Assembly: GCA_045132775.1 (NCBI GenBank)
Contig: JBGUSX010000116.1
Location: 24,476 to 88,475, forward strand
Direction: 5' to 3'
From: Eubacteriales bacterium
GTDB taxonomy: Bacteria; Bacillota; Clostridia; Oscillospirales; CAG-272
DNA length: 64,000 bases
Every line of letters starts with the position of its first letter. The first letter of the stretch is position 1. The position numbers and the translations under genes are program-made. The notes below the pieces were generated by a model. It had not been told where the DNA came from, ran no database searches, and worked only from the letters and a program-made list of their open reading frames with translations. Of this stretch, positions 8,475 through 18,217 are shown piece after piece.

Positions 8475-11120
8475 ATGAATTCCTACAACGAATTACCGAA
8501 GACGTATTCCCCCTCCGAATTTGAGGACAGGATATACGCCGAGTGGTGTGAAAAGGGATATTTCACGCCCGACAAAAACAACACAAATCCCTCTTTTTCA
8601 ATAGTTATTCCCCCTCCGAACGTCACGGGTCAGCTCCATATGGGTCACGCGCTTGACGAGACTCTGCAGGACATTCTCGTTCGTTACAAGAGAATGCAGG
8701 GCTACAACACCCTTTGGGTCCCCGGTACCGACCACGCGGGCATTGCGACACAGATAAAGGTTGAGGAGAGACTCCGCGTTGACGAGGGTCTTTCACGCTA
8801 CGACCTCGGCCGCGAGAAATTCCTTGAGAGAGTTTGGGGCTGGAAGGACACATACGAGGCTCGCATCACAGGACAGCTGAAAAAGCTCGGTGCTTCCTGC
8901 GACTGGTCAAGACAGCGTTTTACTATGGACGAGGGCTGCTCAAAGGCGGTTCGCGAGGTATTCGTTAATCTTTACGATAAGGGACTTATCTACCGCGGTC
9001 ACCGTATCATCAACTGGTGTCCCCGTTGTCTCACCGCTCTCTCCGACGCTGAAGTTGAGTACAAGGATCAGCCCGGAAACTTCTGGCACATCAAGTACCC
9101 CATCATCGGTGAGGACGGTTACGTTGAGGTCGCGACCACGCGTCCCGAGACTATGTTCGGAGATACCGCGGTTGCGGTCAACCCCGACGACGAGAACACC
9201 AAGCACCTTATAGGCAAAAAGGTTCTTCTCCCTATCGTAAACCGCGAGATCCCCGTTATCGCCGACGATTACGTTGAGATCGGCTTCGGTACGGGCTGCG
9301 TTAAGATCACTCCCGCGCACGACCCCAACGACTTTATGGTCGGTCAGAGACATAACCTTGAGCAGATCAAGGTCATGAACGACGATGCTACAATGAACGC
9401 TTATGCAGGCAAGTACGAGGGCATGGACAGATACGCTTGCCGTAAGGCTCTCGTTGCTGATCTTGAGGCTGAGGGATATCTTGTAAAGGTTGAACCACAC
9501 GACCACAACGTTGGCGTTTGCTACCGTTGCGGAACCACCGTTGAGCCTCTTACGAGTGACCAGTGGTTCGTTAAGATGAAGCCCCTCGCAGAGCCTGCCA
9601 TTGAAGCCGTTGAGAACGGCTCGATCAATTTCGTTCCCGAGCGTTTCTCCAAGAACTACTTTAACTGGATGAACAATATTCTTGACTGGTGCATCTCCCG
9701 TCAGCTCTGGTGGGGTCACAGAATCCCTGCGTTCTACTGCGACGAGTGCGGCGAGATGACCGTCTCCAAGACAGATATCGACACCTGCCCCAAGTGCGGC
9801 GGCAAGGTCCATCAGGACGAGGACGTGCTTGACACCTGGTTCTCCTCTGCTCTCTGGCCCTTCTCGACTCTCGGTTGGCCCGAGATCACCGAGGATCTCA
9901 AGAGATACTATCCGACCGACGTTCTCGTTACGGGTTACGACATCATAACCTTCTGGGTATCTCGTATGATCTTCTCGGGTCTTGAGCACATGGGTGAAAA
10001 GCCCTTCTCTACCGTGTTTATTCACGGTCTTGTCCGTGACGCGCAGGGACGCAAGATGTCAAAGTCGCTCGGAAACGGTATCGATCCTCTTGAGGTCATC
10101 AAACAGTACGGCGCAGACGCGCTCCGCTTTGCTCTTGCAACGGGTAACTCGCCCGGAAATGACATGAGATTCTCGGACGAGAAGATCGAGGCGGCAAGAA
10201 ACTTTGCAAATAAGCTCTGGAATGCTTCAAGATTCGTACGTATGAACCTCACGATCGATGAGATCAAGCTCCCCGAGTCCGACAAGCTTGCACTTGAGGA
10301 CAAGTGGATACTCAACGAATTCAACGCGCTGTGTGAGAACGTTGTCACTAACCTTGACAACTTTGAGGTAGGCGTTGCTCTCGGCGCGATCTACGGCTTT
10401 ACCTGGGATATCTTCTGCGACTGGTACATTGAGCTTGCAAAAGCTCGTCTTAACGAAAAGGACACCGAGGCAAATCTCGTTTGCCAGAACGTTATCGCAT
10501 ACGTTCTCTGCGGCACCCTGAAGCTTCTCCATCCCTTTATGCCCTTTATCACCGAGGAGATCTATCAGGCTCTTCCTCACGACTGTGAGAGCATTATGAT
10601 CTCGGATTATCCCAAGGCTTGCGAATGCCGCGCGTTCCCTGCCGATGCGGAGAAAATGACCAAGATCATCGACGCTATCAAGGCGATAAGAACGAGAAGA
10701 AGCGAGATGAACGTTCCTCCGTCCAAGAAAGCCAAGGTTTACCTTGCAACAAAGTACGCGGACATTTTCGCAACTGCCGAGGCATTTTTCAGCCGTCTTG
10801 CATCTGCATCCGCGCTCGTAGTTGCCGATCAGTTCGATGAGAACGAGGTCTCCGCCGACAATGCGGTACAGATAATCACCGACTCGGCTACTATCTTCCT
10901 TCCCCTTTCCGACATAATAGATTTCGAGAAGGAAAAGGCAAGACTTGAGGGCGAGAAGAAGAAGCTTGAGGGCGAGATCGAGCGCATTGAAAAGAAGCTC
11001 TCCAACGAGGGCTTCGTGGCAAAGGCTCCCGCGGCGGTAGTCGAGGGCGAGCGTGCCAAGATGGCTAAATACCGCGAGAATCTTGACGGTATCATTGCCG
11101 CTCTTGCAAAATTAAACTAA
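8475..11120 (+). CDS. valS: Valine--tRNA ligase
   Basis: [30 protein letters not shown]-terminal coiled coil; Val T-box upstream. Confidence 0.99.
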   Translation: MNSYNELPKTYSPSEFEDRIYAEWCEKGYFTPDKNNTNPSFSIVIPPPNVTGQLHMGHALDETLQDILVRYKRMQGYNTLWVPGTDHAGIATQIKVEERLRVDEGLSRYDLGREKFLERVWGWKDTYEARITGQLKKLGASCDWSRQRFTMDEGCSKAVREVFVNLYDKGLIYRGHRIINWCPRCLTALSDAEVEYKDQPGNFWHIKYPIIGEDGYVEVATTRPETMFGDTAVAVNPDDENTKHLIGKKVLLPIVNREIPVIADDYVEIGFGTGCVKITPAHDPNDFMVGQRHNLEQIKVMNDDATMNAYAGKYEGMDRYACRKALVADLEAEGYLVKVEPHDHNVGVCYRCGTTVEPLTSDQWFVKMKPLAEPAIEAVENGSINFVPERFSKNYFNWMNNILDWCISRQLWWGHRIPAFYCDECGEMTVSKTDIDTCPKCGGKVHQDEDVLDTWFSSALWPFSTLGWPEITEDLKRYYPTDVLVTGYDIITFWVSRMIFSGLEHMGEKPFSTVFIHGLVRDAQGRKMSKSLGNGIDPLEVIKQYGADALRFALATGNSPGNDMRFSDEKIEAARNFANKLWNASRFVRMNLTIDEIKLPESDKLALEDKWILNEFNALCENVVTNLDNFEVGVALGAIYGFTWDIFCDWYIELAKARLNEKDTEANLVCQNVIAYVLCGTLKLLHPFMPFITEEIYQALPHDCESIMISDYPKACECRAFPADAEKMTKIIDAIKAIRTRRSEMNVPPSKKAKVYLATKYADIFATAEAFFSRLASASALVVADQFDENEVSADNAVQIITDSATIFLPLSDIIDFEKEKARLEGEKKKLEGEIERIEKKLSNEGFVAKAPAAVVEGERAKMAKYRENLDGIIAALAKLN

Positions 11121-11166
11121 AGCCACTTAAATTTCAATTTTTGATTTGTCAAGCAGATTAATTCAT

Positions 11167-11243
11167 CGTAGGGCGGGGGCTTGCTCCCGCCGTTGCGTTG
11201 ATTTATAAAGGGTTTCACGGCGAGAGCAAGCCCCCGCCTTATG
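11167..11243. repeat. Inverted pair of GTAG-type REPs (REPIN-like)
   Basis: cgtagggcgggggcttgctcccgccgt (11167-11193) is near-complementary to acggcgagagcaagcccccgccttatg (11217-11243). Confidence 0.75.
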
Positions 11244-11291
11244 ACATGACGGTTAGACAAACACAATTTATAAACCTAAAAAGGTAAAAAA

Positions 11292-12119
11292 ATGAAAACA
11301 AAACACATTTTTCTTGATATAGACGGTACACTTGTGGGTTATGACTCAAAGATCCCTGCGTCTGCGCTCAAGGCTCTTCAAATGGCTCAGGCGAACGGGC
11401 ACAAGATAATAATCGCGTCGGGTCGTTCGTACGGTATGATCTACCCCGATCTGCTCAAAACCGTAAAATTTGACGGAGTTATCGCGTCGGGCGGTGCGTG
11501 CGTTATCGTTGACGGCAAGGTAATTTTTGAAAGCTTTATTGAGGGCGATGATCTCGCTTTCGTTATCGACTATTTCAGAGCCAACGGAATAAATTATCTC
11601 CTTATGACCAAGGACGAGCTCTATGCCGAGCCCGTATTCAACAATTACGTTATTCCCGGAATGATCGCAAACGGATACTCAAAGGAGCTTGTCGAACAGG
11701 CGTACGGCTGGAACACCGAGGTCGAAGACGTCAGACTTGTCAAGGGCGGCGAAAAGCTCGCATACTTCACTTCTCCGTTCCTCCCCGATAAGATTTCAAA
11801 GGATCTTGACGGCAGATTTTACGTGGTTGATTTCAGCGTTGGCAAAGTAGGCGGAAGCACCTACTTTGGCGAGATGAACAATGCAGGTGTCACAAAGGCA
11901 AGCGGAATTGACGAGTACCTTGCATACGTCGGTGCAACCATCGAGGACACGATAGCATTCGGCGACAGTGCAAACGACCTTGAAATGCTTGAGCACGCGA
12001 ACATTGCCGTTACAATGGGCAACGGCACCGAGGCGGCAAAGGCAGCGGCGGATTTCGTCACGACAGACGTTGATAAGGACGGAATCTATAACGCTTTTGT
12101 AAAGCTTGGCTTGATTTAA
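11292..12119 (+). CDS. Cof-type HAD-IIB phosphatase
   Basis: DIDGTL, ASGR, K.SG, AFGDSAND..ML, MGNG motifs. Confidence 0.93.
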   Translation: MKTKHIFLDIDGTLVGYDSKIPASALKALQMAQANGHKIIIASGRSYGMIYPDLLKTVKFDGVIASGGACVIVDGKVIFESFIEGDDLAFVIDYFRANGINYLLMTKDELYAEPVFNNYVIPGMIANGYSKELVEQAYGWNTEVEDVRLVKGGEKLAYFTSPFLPDKISKDLDGRFYVVDFSVGKVGGSTYFGEMNNAGVTKASGIDEYLAYVGATIEDTIAFGDSANDLEMLEHANIAVTMGNGTEAAKAAADFVTTDVDKDGIYNAFVKLGLI

Positions 12120-12237
12120 AAATTTTTCCGTATTTGTGTAACCTTTTATAAAAAACTGCGACTTTATAAGTAGAGAGGCAAAAAATGCCTTGTGATCTAC
12201 TTACAAAGTCGCTTTTTTGCGGCGGAAAGGACACGTT

Positions 12238-13191
12238 ATGAAGAAAAGAATTATTATCACACTTCTCTGCCTTGTTTTATCGTTTACGCTTGTTACTGTT
12301 TTTGCGTCTTGCGAGGCATCGAGTGACAAGGGATTTATGAATGAATCGATGGATGCGGGAGCCGCGGGCTCGGGCGAGGACGTCAAGCTTGAGATCGGAG
12401 ACTCGCAGATCGACAAGGGGGATGGCGAATACGAGCGCAAGATAATCAAGACCGCACATATCTCCTCCGAAACCAAGGATTTTGACGGCGCGATAAAGAA
12501 GCTTGAGGCTCTTCTGACTGAGGCAAACGCTTATATCGAAAGCTCATCCGTGCGCGGAGTCGGCTACAACGTTGACAAACATGGCAGGAGCGCAAGCTAT
12601 ACGATCCGCGTGCCTGCGGACAAATTCGATGCACTCAACTCGGGCCTTGACAACATTCTCAACATCACCTCATCGTCGAGCAATGCGGACGAGGTCACGA
12701 GCAAATATTACGATATCAAATCGCGCATCGAGGTGCTTGAGCTCCAGAAGGAATCATTGCAGAAAATGTACGACAATTACACCGATTACAGCGACGTGAA
12801 TAGCCTTATTTCCTTACAGGATAAGCTTTTTGCAGTGATCGAGGAGATCGAGGCTTACGAGACTCAGCTCCGCCTTTACGACGACAAGATCTCCTATTCA
12901 ACTGTTAACCTATCGATCAGCGAGGTTGTCGATTACACCGAGAACAAGGAAAACGACACGTTCTGGCAAAAACTCGGTACTTCCCTTTCTGACGGTTGGG
13001 AGACCTTCCTTGAGATATTGACGGGTATCGTTACCGTTATCGCATTCATTCTTCCCGAGCTCGTTGTTATCGCTATTGTGATCACTCTGATAATAGTTTT
13101 CTCAAAAAGGAGAAAAAAGAAAAACAAGAAAAACAAGGAACCGATGAATGACACAACTCCTGATGATTCCAATCCTTACAGCAAAAAGTAA
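12238..13191 (+). CDS. DUF4349-family lipoprotein with C-terminal TM
   Basis: Lipobox FASC, RKIIKTA.I..ET.DFD, IRVPA..FD, DEVT..Y.D..SRI, YSTV.L.I.EV motifs. Confidence 0.8.
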   Translation: MKKRIIITLLCLVLSFTLVTVFASCEASSDKGFMNESMDAGAAGSGEDVKLEIGDSQIDKGDGEYERKIIKTAHISSETKDFDGAIKKLEALLTEANAYIESSSVRGVGYNVDKHGRSASYTIRVPADKFDALNSGLDNILNITSSSSNADEVTSKYYDIKSRIEVLELQKESLQKMYDNYTDYSDVNSLISLQDKLFAVIEEIEAYETQLRLYDDKISYSTVNLSISEVVDYTENKENDTFWQKLGTSLSDGWETFLEILTGIVTVIAFILPELVVIAIVITLIIVFSKRRKKKNKKNKEPMNDTTPDDSNPYSKK

Positions 13192-13200
13192 ATAGATTAC

Positions 13201-13234
13201 AAAAATATCCGCCGAGCTTTCGGCGGATATTTTT
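13201..13234. terminator. Bidirectional terminator, left copy of a 34-bp direct repeat
   Basis: aaaaatatccgccga-gctt-tcggcggatattttt. Confidence 0.85.
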
Positions 13235-13467
13235 CAGACTGTCGAAAAAGCTGTTAGACCGCAAGGGATAAAAGACAAAGAAACAAACATTAAAAACTCA
13301 CACGCAGGAAATAAGCACAAGGCATTCATCGAGAATGCCTTGTGCTTTCTTGCTTTTTCCGTTTTTGCACTCTGGCGTACCCCCCGTACGCCGACGAATG
13401 CAAAAACGAAAAATCTACCTACCTTTTTCGACCTCTGCCAGCGTGTCGAGACTTTCTCGACACGCTG
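13235..13467. mobile_element. 233-bp non-autonomous MITE (IS1182-like ends)
   Basis: Imperfect TIRs cagactgtcgaaaaag / ctttctcgacacgctg (13 of 16 match), flanked by an exact 34-bp direct repeat; no transposase. Confidence 0.8.
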
Positions 13468-13501
13468 AAAAATATCCGCCGAGCTTTCGGCGGATATTTT
13501 T
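13468..13501. terminator. Bidirectional terminator, right copy of the 34-bp direct repeat
   Basis: Identical to 13201-13234. Confidence 0.85.
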
Positions 13502-13508
13502 GTATTTT

Positions 13509-14246
13509 TTATTGATCTTTTTTACTTCTGTTATTCATGAATTTATTGAATTTCAAGGCTCCGAGAAAGATTCCGACAACTCCTATCGCACACACGAGCA
13601 CGAAAACGATCCAGTGCCACGGCTCTGTGAACTTATCAAACGGTACGATCGAAAGCCCATATATTATCGTTGCAATTCCCACTCCTCTGCCGATGATTAT
13701 CGACGGGAAGAACCAGCCGAGGTTCATCTTAAGCGTTCCCGAGATCATAACGAGCGCGTCGTCGGGAAACATTGGGAAAAGCATCATCACGGGAAAGAAT
13801 ACGCTTCCGTTATTTCTCAAAAGCGTTGTTGCCTTTTCACAGTCCTCTTCTCCGAGCATCCACGCGCATACCTTATAACCGCCGAAGCGTCCGACAAGGT
13901 ACATTGACGTGCTTGATATCACAACTCCCGTAAAGACGATGATAAAAGCGGTCGTGGGATCGGGATATATAGCCTGTCCGAGCACGATGAACATCATTGT
14001 CGTTCCCGGGAGGAAGCACAGCACAGTTGTACAGACTATTTGCAGAAGTATGAACATTATCACTCCGATCCACGAGTCCGTGAAAGAATCAAGTATATGT
14101 ACGTTTATCTGCATTCCGTCGTCGAAATTTAACACTCCGCACGCCCATAAAAGCAGCATTGCGACGACAGAAAACGAGACGAAGATAAGCAAGGTCAGAA
14201 TACCCTTGAATATCGCTTTTTTATATTTTACAAGAAAATCCTTCAA
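13509..14246 (-). CDS. DedA/VTT (TVP38/TMEM64-like) membrane protein
   Basis: LPG....G, Y.VGRFGG, FP.FPDD.L..ISG motifs; TTG start after GGAGG. Confidence 0.85.
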   Translation of the reverse strand: MKDFLVKYKKAIFKGILTLLIFVSFSVVAMLLLWACGVLNFDDGMQINVHILDSFTDSWIGVIMFILLQIVCTTVLCFLPGTTMMFIVLGQAIYPDPTTAFIIVFTGVVISSTSMYLVGRFGGYKVCAWMLGEEDCEKATTLLRNNGSVFFPVMMLFPMFPDDALVMISGTLKMNLGWFFPSIIIGRGVGIATIIYGLSIVPFDKFTEPWHWIVFVLVCAIGVVGIFLGALKFNKFMNNRSKKDQ

Positions 14247-14268
14247 GCTGACCTCCAATTTAGTGAAT

Positions 14269-14796
14269 TCAAGTTATACGTCTGAGGGTTTTTTCTGCTC
14301 CTACAAGGAAAACTGTGCCTAATATTCCGCAAGATATCACCTCTCCGAACAGGATAGTCAATGCGTAAAACGGTATGATCGAAGCATTTTGCGCATCGGG
14401 CGCGGTATAGCAGAAATAGCAAATGACCGTCACTATGACCGTGTTTGCCAATATATTGGGGATCGTGCAGAGAAAACGCGAGATCTTCGCGTTTTTCATT
14501 TTTCCCATCGCGTACGCTCCGAGTGCGCCTATCAGCGTTGCGATAGGTCCCAGAAAGATATCGAGCGGTGCGCAAAACGTCAGGATATTTGCAAGCAGAC
14601 ATCCGACGTAGAGTCCCGGTATCGCCGCGGGAGTGACGAATGCAAGCACGATAAGGATCTCCGAAAACCTTATCTGTATCGCGTTTTTGTCAAGTCCCAA
14701 AGCCATTGAAAGATACGTCAGCGCGACGTACATCGCGGCGATGAGCGCGGCGGTGCATAAAAATCGCACGCGCTTTACAGTGTTTTGTTTTGTCAT
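14269..14796 (-). CDS. queT: Queuosine precursor transporter QueT
   Basis: ALIAAMYVALT, IQIRFSEIL, AIPGLYVGCLLAN, DIFLG..ATL; preQ1 riboswitch upstream. Confidence 0.93.
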   Translation of the reverse strand: MTKQNTVKRVRFLCTAALIAAMYVALTYLSMALGLDKNAIQIRFSEILIVLAFVTPAAIPGLYVGCLLANILTFCAPLDIFLGPIATLIGALGAYAMGKMKNAKISRFLCTIPNILANTVIVTVICYFCYTAPDAQNASIIPFYALTILFGEVISCGILGTVFLVGAEKTLRRIT

Positions 14797-14850
14797 TTTT
14801 CTTTTCGCAGAGGTTGTCCTCTGCCGCGGTATGCACGAAGGCAGACCGCG

Positions 14851-14891
14851 CCCCTTAGTTTTATTTAGAGTGAGGATGGTTTCGAACTCAC
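14851..14891 (-). promoter_or_regulatory. preQ1 class I riboswitch
   Basis: Minus strand GTGAG-TTCGAAACCATC-CTCAC-TCTAAATAAAACTAAGG: short stem, loop and A-rich tail ending ACTAAG. Confidence 0.9.
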
Positions 14892-14919
14892 TTTATTTAC
14901 TTTTTTGGTTTTGTTTTGA

Positions 14920-16197
14920 TTATTCTTTCGCGTTTTTGATTGCCTGTGCGACCTCGCAATACATATAGAGCGAGCCGAGGCTTATTATGGGCTTATTGTT
15001 CTCTTTTGCATAGGTAAGAGCCCCATTAACCGCTGATGCAACCGAGTCGCACGCGACGGACACAATTCCCTTTTGTGCAAAGACTTTCGCATATTCAGAG
15101 GCAGAGAGTGCGCGAGGATTATCGGGCGTGAGGCAGAATACCTTTTCGGCGACGGACGCTATGCGGTCTGCCATATAATCGTAATCCTTATCCGCCATAA
15201 CCCCCGTAATTATTCCGACCTTTTTTTCGCCGAAATACTGCTTGATGCTTGCAACTGCGCTATCTATGCCCTCGGGGTTATGTCCTCCGTCGGCTATGAC
15301 GAGGGGGGATCGGCTTATGATCTCAAATCTCGCGGGCCATTTTACTGTTTTCAAGCCCTCGCAAATGGCAGTTTCGGGAATATTATATTCGCTTTCCTTG
15401 AGAATGTCAATCGCAGTAAGGCAATTCGTTGCGTTTTCGGGCTGATACGTGCCGAGGAGAGATAGGAAGAGATCGGATCTTTTTTCGTAGTCAAAGAACG
15501 TTCCGTCAAGGGTGGTTTCCTTGATCTTCAGAGTGCTTCTGTCGACCTTAAGCATCGGCGCACCGACCTCTTTTGCCTTATCCTGTATGACTTTCTCAGC
15601 TCTTTCGTCCTTGCCGCACCAGAGCACGGGGACATCCTTTTTGATGATTCCCGCCTTCTCTGCGGCTATCTTTTCCACGGTGTCACCAAGTATTGAAGTG
15701 TGGTCGAGGGCGATGCCTGTAATGACCGAGAGAATGGGAGTTTTGATGATATTCGTTGCGTCAAGGCGACCGCCGAGACCGCATTCGAGAACCACGATAT
15801 CGCAATTATTTCTGGCAAAATACAGGAACGCCAGGGCGGTTATAAGCTCGAATTCGGTGGGCTTATCGGTCATTTTATCTGCTACGGGCTTGATGATCTC
15901 AACAAGCTCGCAGAGCTCGGAATCGCTTATATTTAAAGAGTTTATGCGCATTCTTTCGTTGAATTCAACGATGTAGGGCGAGGTGAAAAGCCCGACCCTG
16001 TAGCCTGCTTTGCGGAGGATACTGTCGGTCATGGCACAGAAGGAGCCTTTGCCGTTTGTGCCTGCCACGTGGATGAATTTGAGTCTGTCCTGGGGGTCTC
16101 CGAGTGCGTGGCAAAGTTCGGTCACACGCTCGAGTCCGGGCTTGCAAAACGTCCAATTTACCGAATGTATATATTCAATCGCTTCTGTATAGTTCAT
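14920..16197 (-). CDS. folC: Folylpolyglutamate synthase/dihydrofolate synthase
   Basis: IHVAGTNGKGS, FTSP, ECGLGGRLDATN, WPARFE, DGGHN. Confidence 0.96.
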   Translation of the reverse strand: MNYTEAIEYIHSVNWTFCKPGLERVTELCHALGDPQDRLKFIHVAGTNGKGSFCAMTDSILRKAGYRVGLFTSPYIVEFNERMRINSLNISDSELCELVEIIKPVADKMTDKPTEFELITALAFLYFARNNCDIVVLECGLGGRLDATNIIKTPILSVITGIALDHTSILGDTVEKIAAEKAGIIKKDVPVLWCGKDERAEKVIQDKAKEVGAPMLKVDRSTLKIKETTLDGTFFDYEKRSDLFLSLLGTYQPENATNCLTAIDILKESEYNIPETAICEGLKTVKWPARFEIISRSPLVIADGGHNPEGIDSAVASIKQYFGEKKVGIITGVMADKDYDYMADRIASVAEKVFCLTPDNPRALSASEYAKVFAQKGIVSVACDSVASAVNGALTYAKENNKPIISLGSLYMYCEVAQAIKNAKE

Positions 16198-16748
16198 TGC
16201 AAAAACCCTTTCTCCATAAGCTTTTTTATCGATGTATTTTTATACATTATGCATAAAATCACAATTTCCAGCGGGGCAATCACAAAATAAAGCGGAATTC
16301 GCCATAATACCGCCCAATTATAGAACGTAAAGAGTCCTATCGGCTTGATTATCATCGAGCCTACGACGTGGGCGATCGCTGACGGAAAAATGATCCTTGC
16401 GTAGCCGTTTTTCTTGAAAACGTACTTCGCGAAAAATCCCGAGACGACTCCTATTGACGTAGCACCGAGTGTGACGATGAGATTGAGGGGGTATGCCTGC
16501 CCCGAGAGGAAGTAGCTGATGATATCTGTCGCCGCTCCGACCACTCCGCCGACGATCGGTCCGAACATAATGCCTGCCATAAGTATCGGCAGGTTCTCAA
16601 AGGTGATGCGGAAGAGTCCTCCGCCAAAGTTGAGCAGAGTCTTACAGAAAATGCCGATGACCACGCTCATTGCCGTCAGCATTGCCGCCATGGTCAATGA
16701 CATTACGGTGCCGAAAAGTCCGATCTTTTGTTTTCTCGTGTTTTTCAT
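16194..16748 (-). CDS. folT: Folate ECF transporter S component
   Basis: AMLTAMSVV, RITF..LP..MAG..FGP..G motif; THF riboswitch upstream; ATG 16748 after AAGGAG. Confidence 0.92.
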   Translation of the reverse strand: MKNTRKQKIGLFGTVMSLTMAAMLTAMSVVIGIFCKTLLNFGGGLFRITFENLPILMAGIMFGPIVGGVVGAATDIISYFLSGQAYPLNLIVTLGATSIGVVSGFFAKYVFKKNGYARIIFPSAIAHVVGSMIIKPIGLFTFYNWAVLWRIPLYFVIAPLEIVILCIMYKNTSIKKLMEKGFLQ

Positions 16749-16814
16749 AAAAAAATCTCCTTTCCTCGCAGCATAAGGCAGGAAAGAAGAAAGACTTATT
16801 CTTTGGGTGCCGTA

Positions 16815-16912
16815 TGAAGCGGGATGCAGGACGGTGACCGCGGAAATCTCTCCTTCGTCCGACCGGCAACTCCCCGTCCCGTCGGCACTTGACGCCATCA
16901 TCCTTACTCTTC
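16815..16912 (-). promoter_or_regulatory. THF riboswitch
   Basis: Minus strand GAAGAGTA..GCGTCAAGTG..GGGAGTTG..ACGAAG..GCGGT..GCATCCCGCTTCA matches the known THF aptamer; anti-SD hairpin downstream. Confidence 0.93.
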
Positions 16913-17051
16913 TTTTTATCGCAGAAGTGCGAAATTTCGACCGAATTTTATCTTTTCGGTCATTACCTTATTATTATATCACCAATTTTTGATTTGTCAA
17001 TAGCGTGCATAGATTTTCCGATTGTTTTTTTCAAATGCGGCGGTTAAAAAG

Positions 17052-17076
17052 TCGCGGCGGCAATTTGCCGCCGCGA
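17052..17076 (-). terminator. Terminator at the end of the accessory operon
   Basis: tcgcggcggcaa-t-ttgccgccgcga with adjacent A run. Confidence 0.75.
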
Positions 17077-17092
17077 GATATTAAACTTTTTT

Positions 17093-17239
17093 CTAAAGCA
17101 TTGTCTTTATATCTGATATTTCATTTTTGAACAATTCAGTTTCAGAACTGACTTTACCACTAATGCTCTCGCAAGATGAGAGAAAGAAAATTGATACTGT
17201 TAACAACATCGCGGTAATTATTCGCATACGCATAGTCAT
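17093..17239 (-). CDS. 48-aa lipoprotein-signal ORF (small lipoprotein or truncated remnant); not in the ORF track
   Basis: SD GGAGGAG, MTMRMRIITAMLLTVSIFFLSSCESISGKVSSETELFKNEISDIKTML*, lipobox LSSC. Confidence 0.6.
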   Translation of the reverse strand: MTMRMRIITAMLLTVSIFFLSSCESISGKVSSETELFKNEISDIKTML

Positions 17240-17271
17240 TTCTCCTCCGTTTGCGTTATGACAATTACATA

Positions 17272-18201
17272 CTACAGCATCCTTCTACGCTTTACAATCA
17301 AAAAAATCATTATTCCAATAACATTTATTAACACAACGGAGCAAATAGAGATTACAAGCGTGTTATCATATGAATTCTTGTTTTTTGTTGTGTCGTTTAC
17401 TAAAATCTTTTCGTCCTCTTCAAAAGGCAGTGCCTTTTCGGATGAATCACTCGTTTTTGAAACATCTTTGTTTCGCACTCCACCAGTACCCTCCAGCAGA
17501 TAATCTGTTATATCAAAAATATCGTGAAGATTTAATGAGGCAACTCCCATTCCGTTTAAATTTGAATTATTCATTATCTCCTGCTGCACCATTTCAGCAA
17601 ACTCATAGAAAGTGTTTAGTGGCAGTAGATATTCTTCCTTAACTCCAACATCCTGTTTAAAGTAAACGAAGTCCCCCTTGTTCGTCACATAATATATATA
17701 TAATCCATTTGCCGATGATGTACCGTCTAAACAATATATTTTATCCACAACCAATTCACCCATTGAAAAACCCATTTTTGATGCAGAAAAAACATTTTGG
17801 TATGACAAAATCCTATCAGGAATGATAGCACTAGCTTGTAAAGTATTCATTAAACGAGTTGGTTTCCCATCAACCAATGTCATGTTGAAATCTATGCATG
17901 ATGATTCTTCCTTGATCACACCATATATTTCATTTAATGTGTATTGATCCCCTATCAGTTCATCAATTGTCTCGTGATTTGCAAAACCGATCATATAGAA
18001 ACCATTGTATACTCTAATCAAGGTTTCTGACTCGGAGCATTCAAACAATTTGTATTCATCATCGTCAATAACTACCGAATCATTCCTTGAAAGCTCTACA
18101 TTTTCCGAATCCGTCCCATATTCGTTAGCATGAGCATTTATAGAAAATGAAGCAATACCGACACACATAAGAATGACAACAAACAACAATTTTTTTATCA
18201 T
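17272..18201 (-). CDS. Hypothetical exported acidic protein with C-terminal membrane anchor
   Basis: Signal peptide (..AHA), C-terminal TM plus KRRR; low GC. Confidence 0.8.
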   Translation of the reverse strand: MIKKLLFVVILMCVGIASFSINAHANEYGTDSENVELSRNDSVVIDDDEYKLFECSESETLIRVYNGFYMIGFANHETIDELIGDQYTLNEIYGVIKEESSCIDFNMTLVDGKPTRLMNTLQASAIIPDRILSYQNVFSASKMGFSMGELVVDKIYCLDGTSSANGLYIYYVTNKGDFVYFKQDVGVKEEYLLPLNTFYEFAEMVQQEIMNNSNLNGMGVASLNLHDIFDITDYLLEGTGGVRNKDVSKTSDSSEKALPFEEDEKILVNDTTKNKNSYDNTLVISICSVVLINVIGIMIFLIVKRRRML

Positions 18202-18217
18202 ATTCCGAATCTCCTTA

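Noticed and set aside
8940-10025. 361-aa antisense ORF within valS
   Set aside because: Shadow of biased codon usage in a highly expressed gene; no recognisable motif
13201-13501. 34-bp direct repeats considered as a CRISPR array
   Set aside because: Only two copies, 233 bp apart, no cas genes; the repeat is a terminator and fits a target duplication
13335-13907. 190-aa ORF starting in the MITE, considered as a transposase
   Set aside because: No DDE or HUH motifs; mostly antisense to the DedA gene
16749-16901. N-terminal extension of the folT ORF
   Set aside because: Runs through the THF aptamer; SD supports ATG 16748
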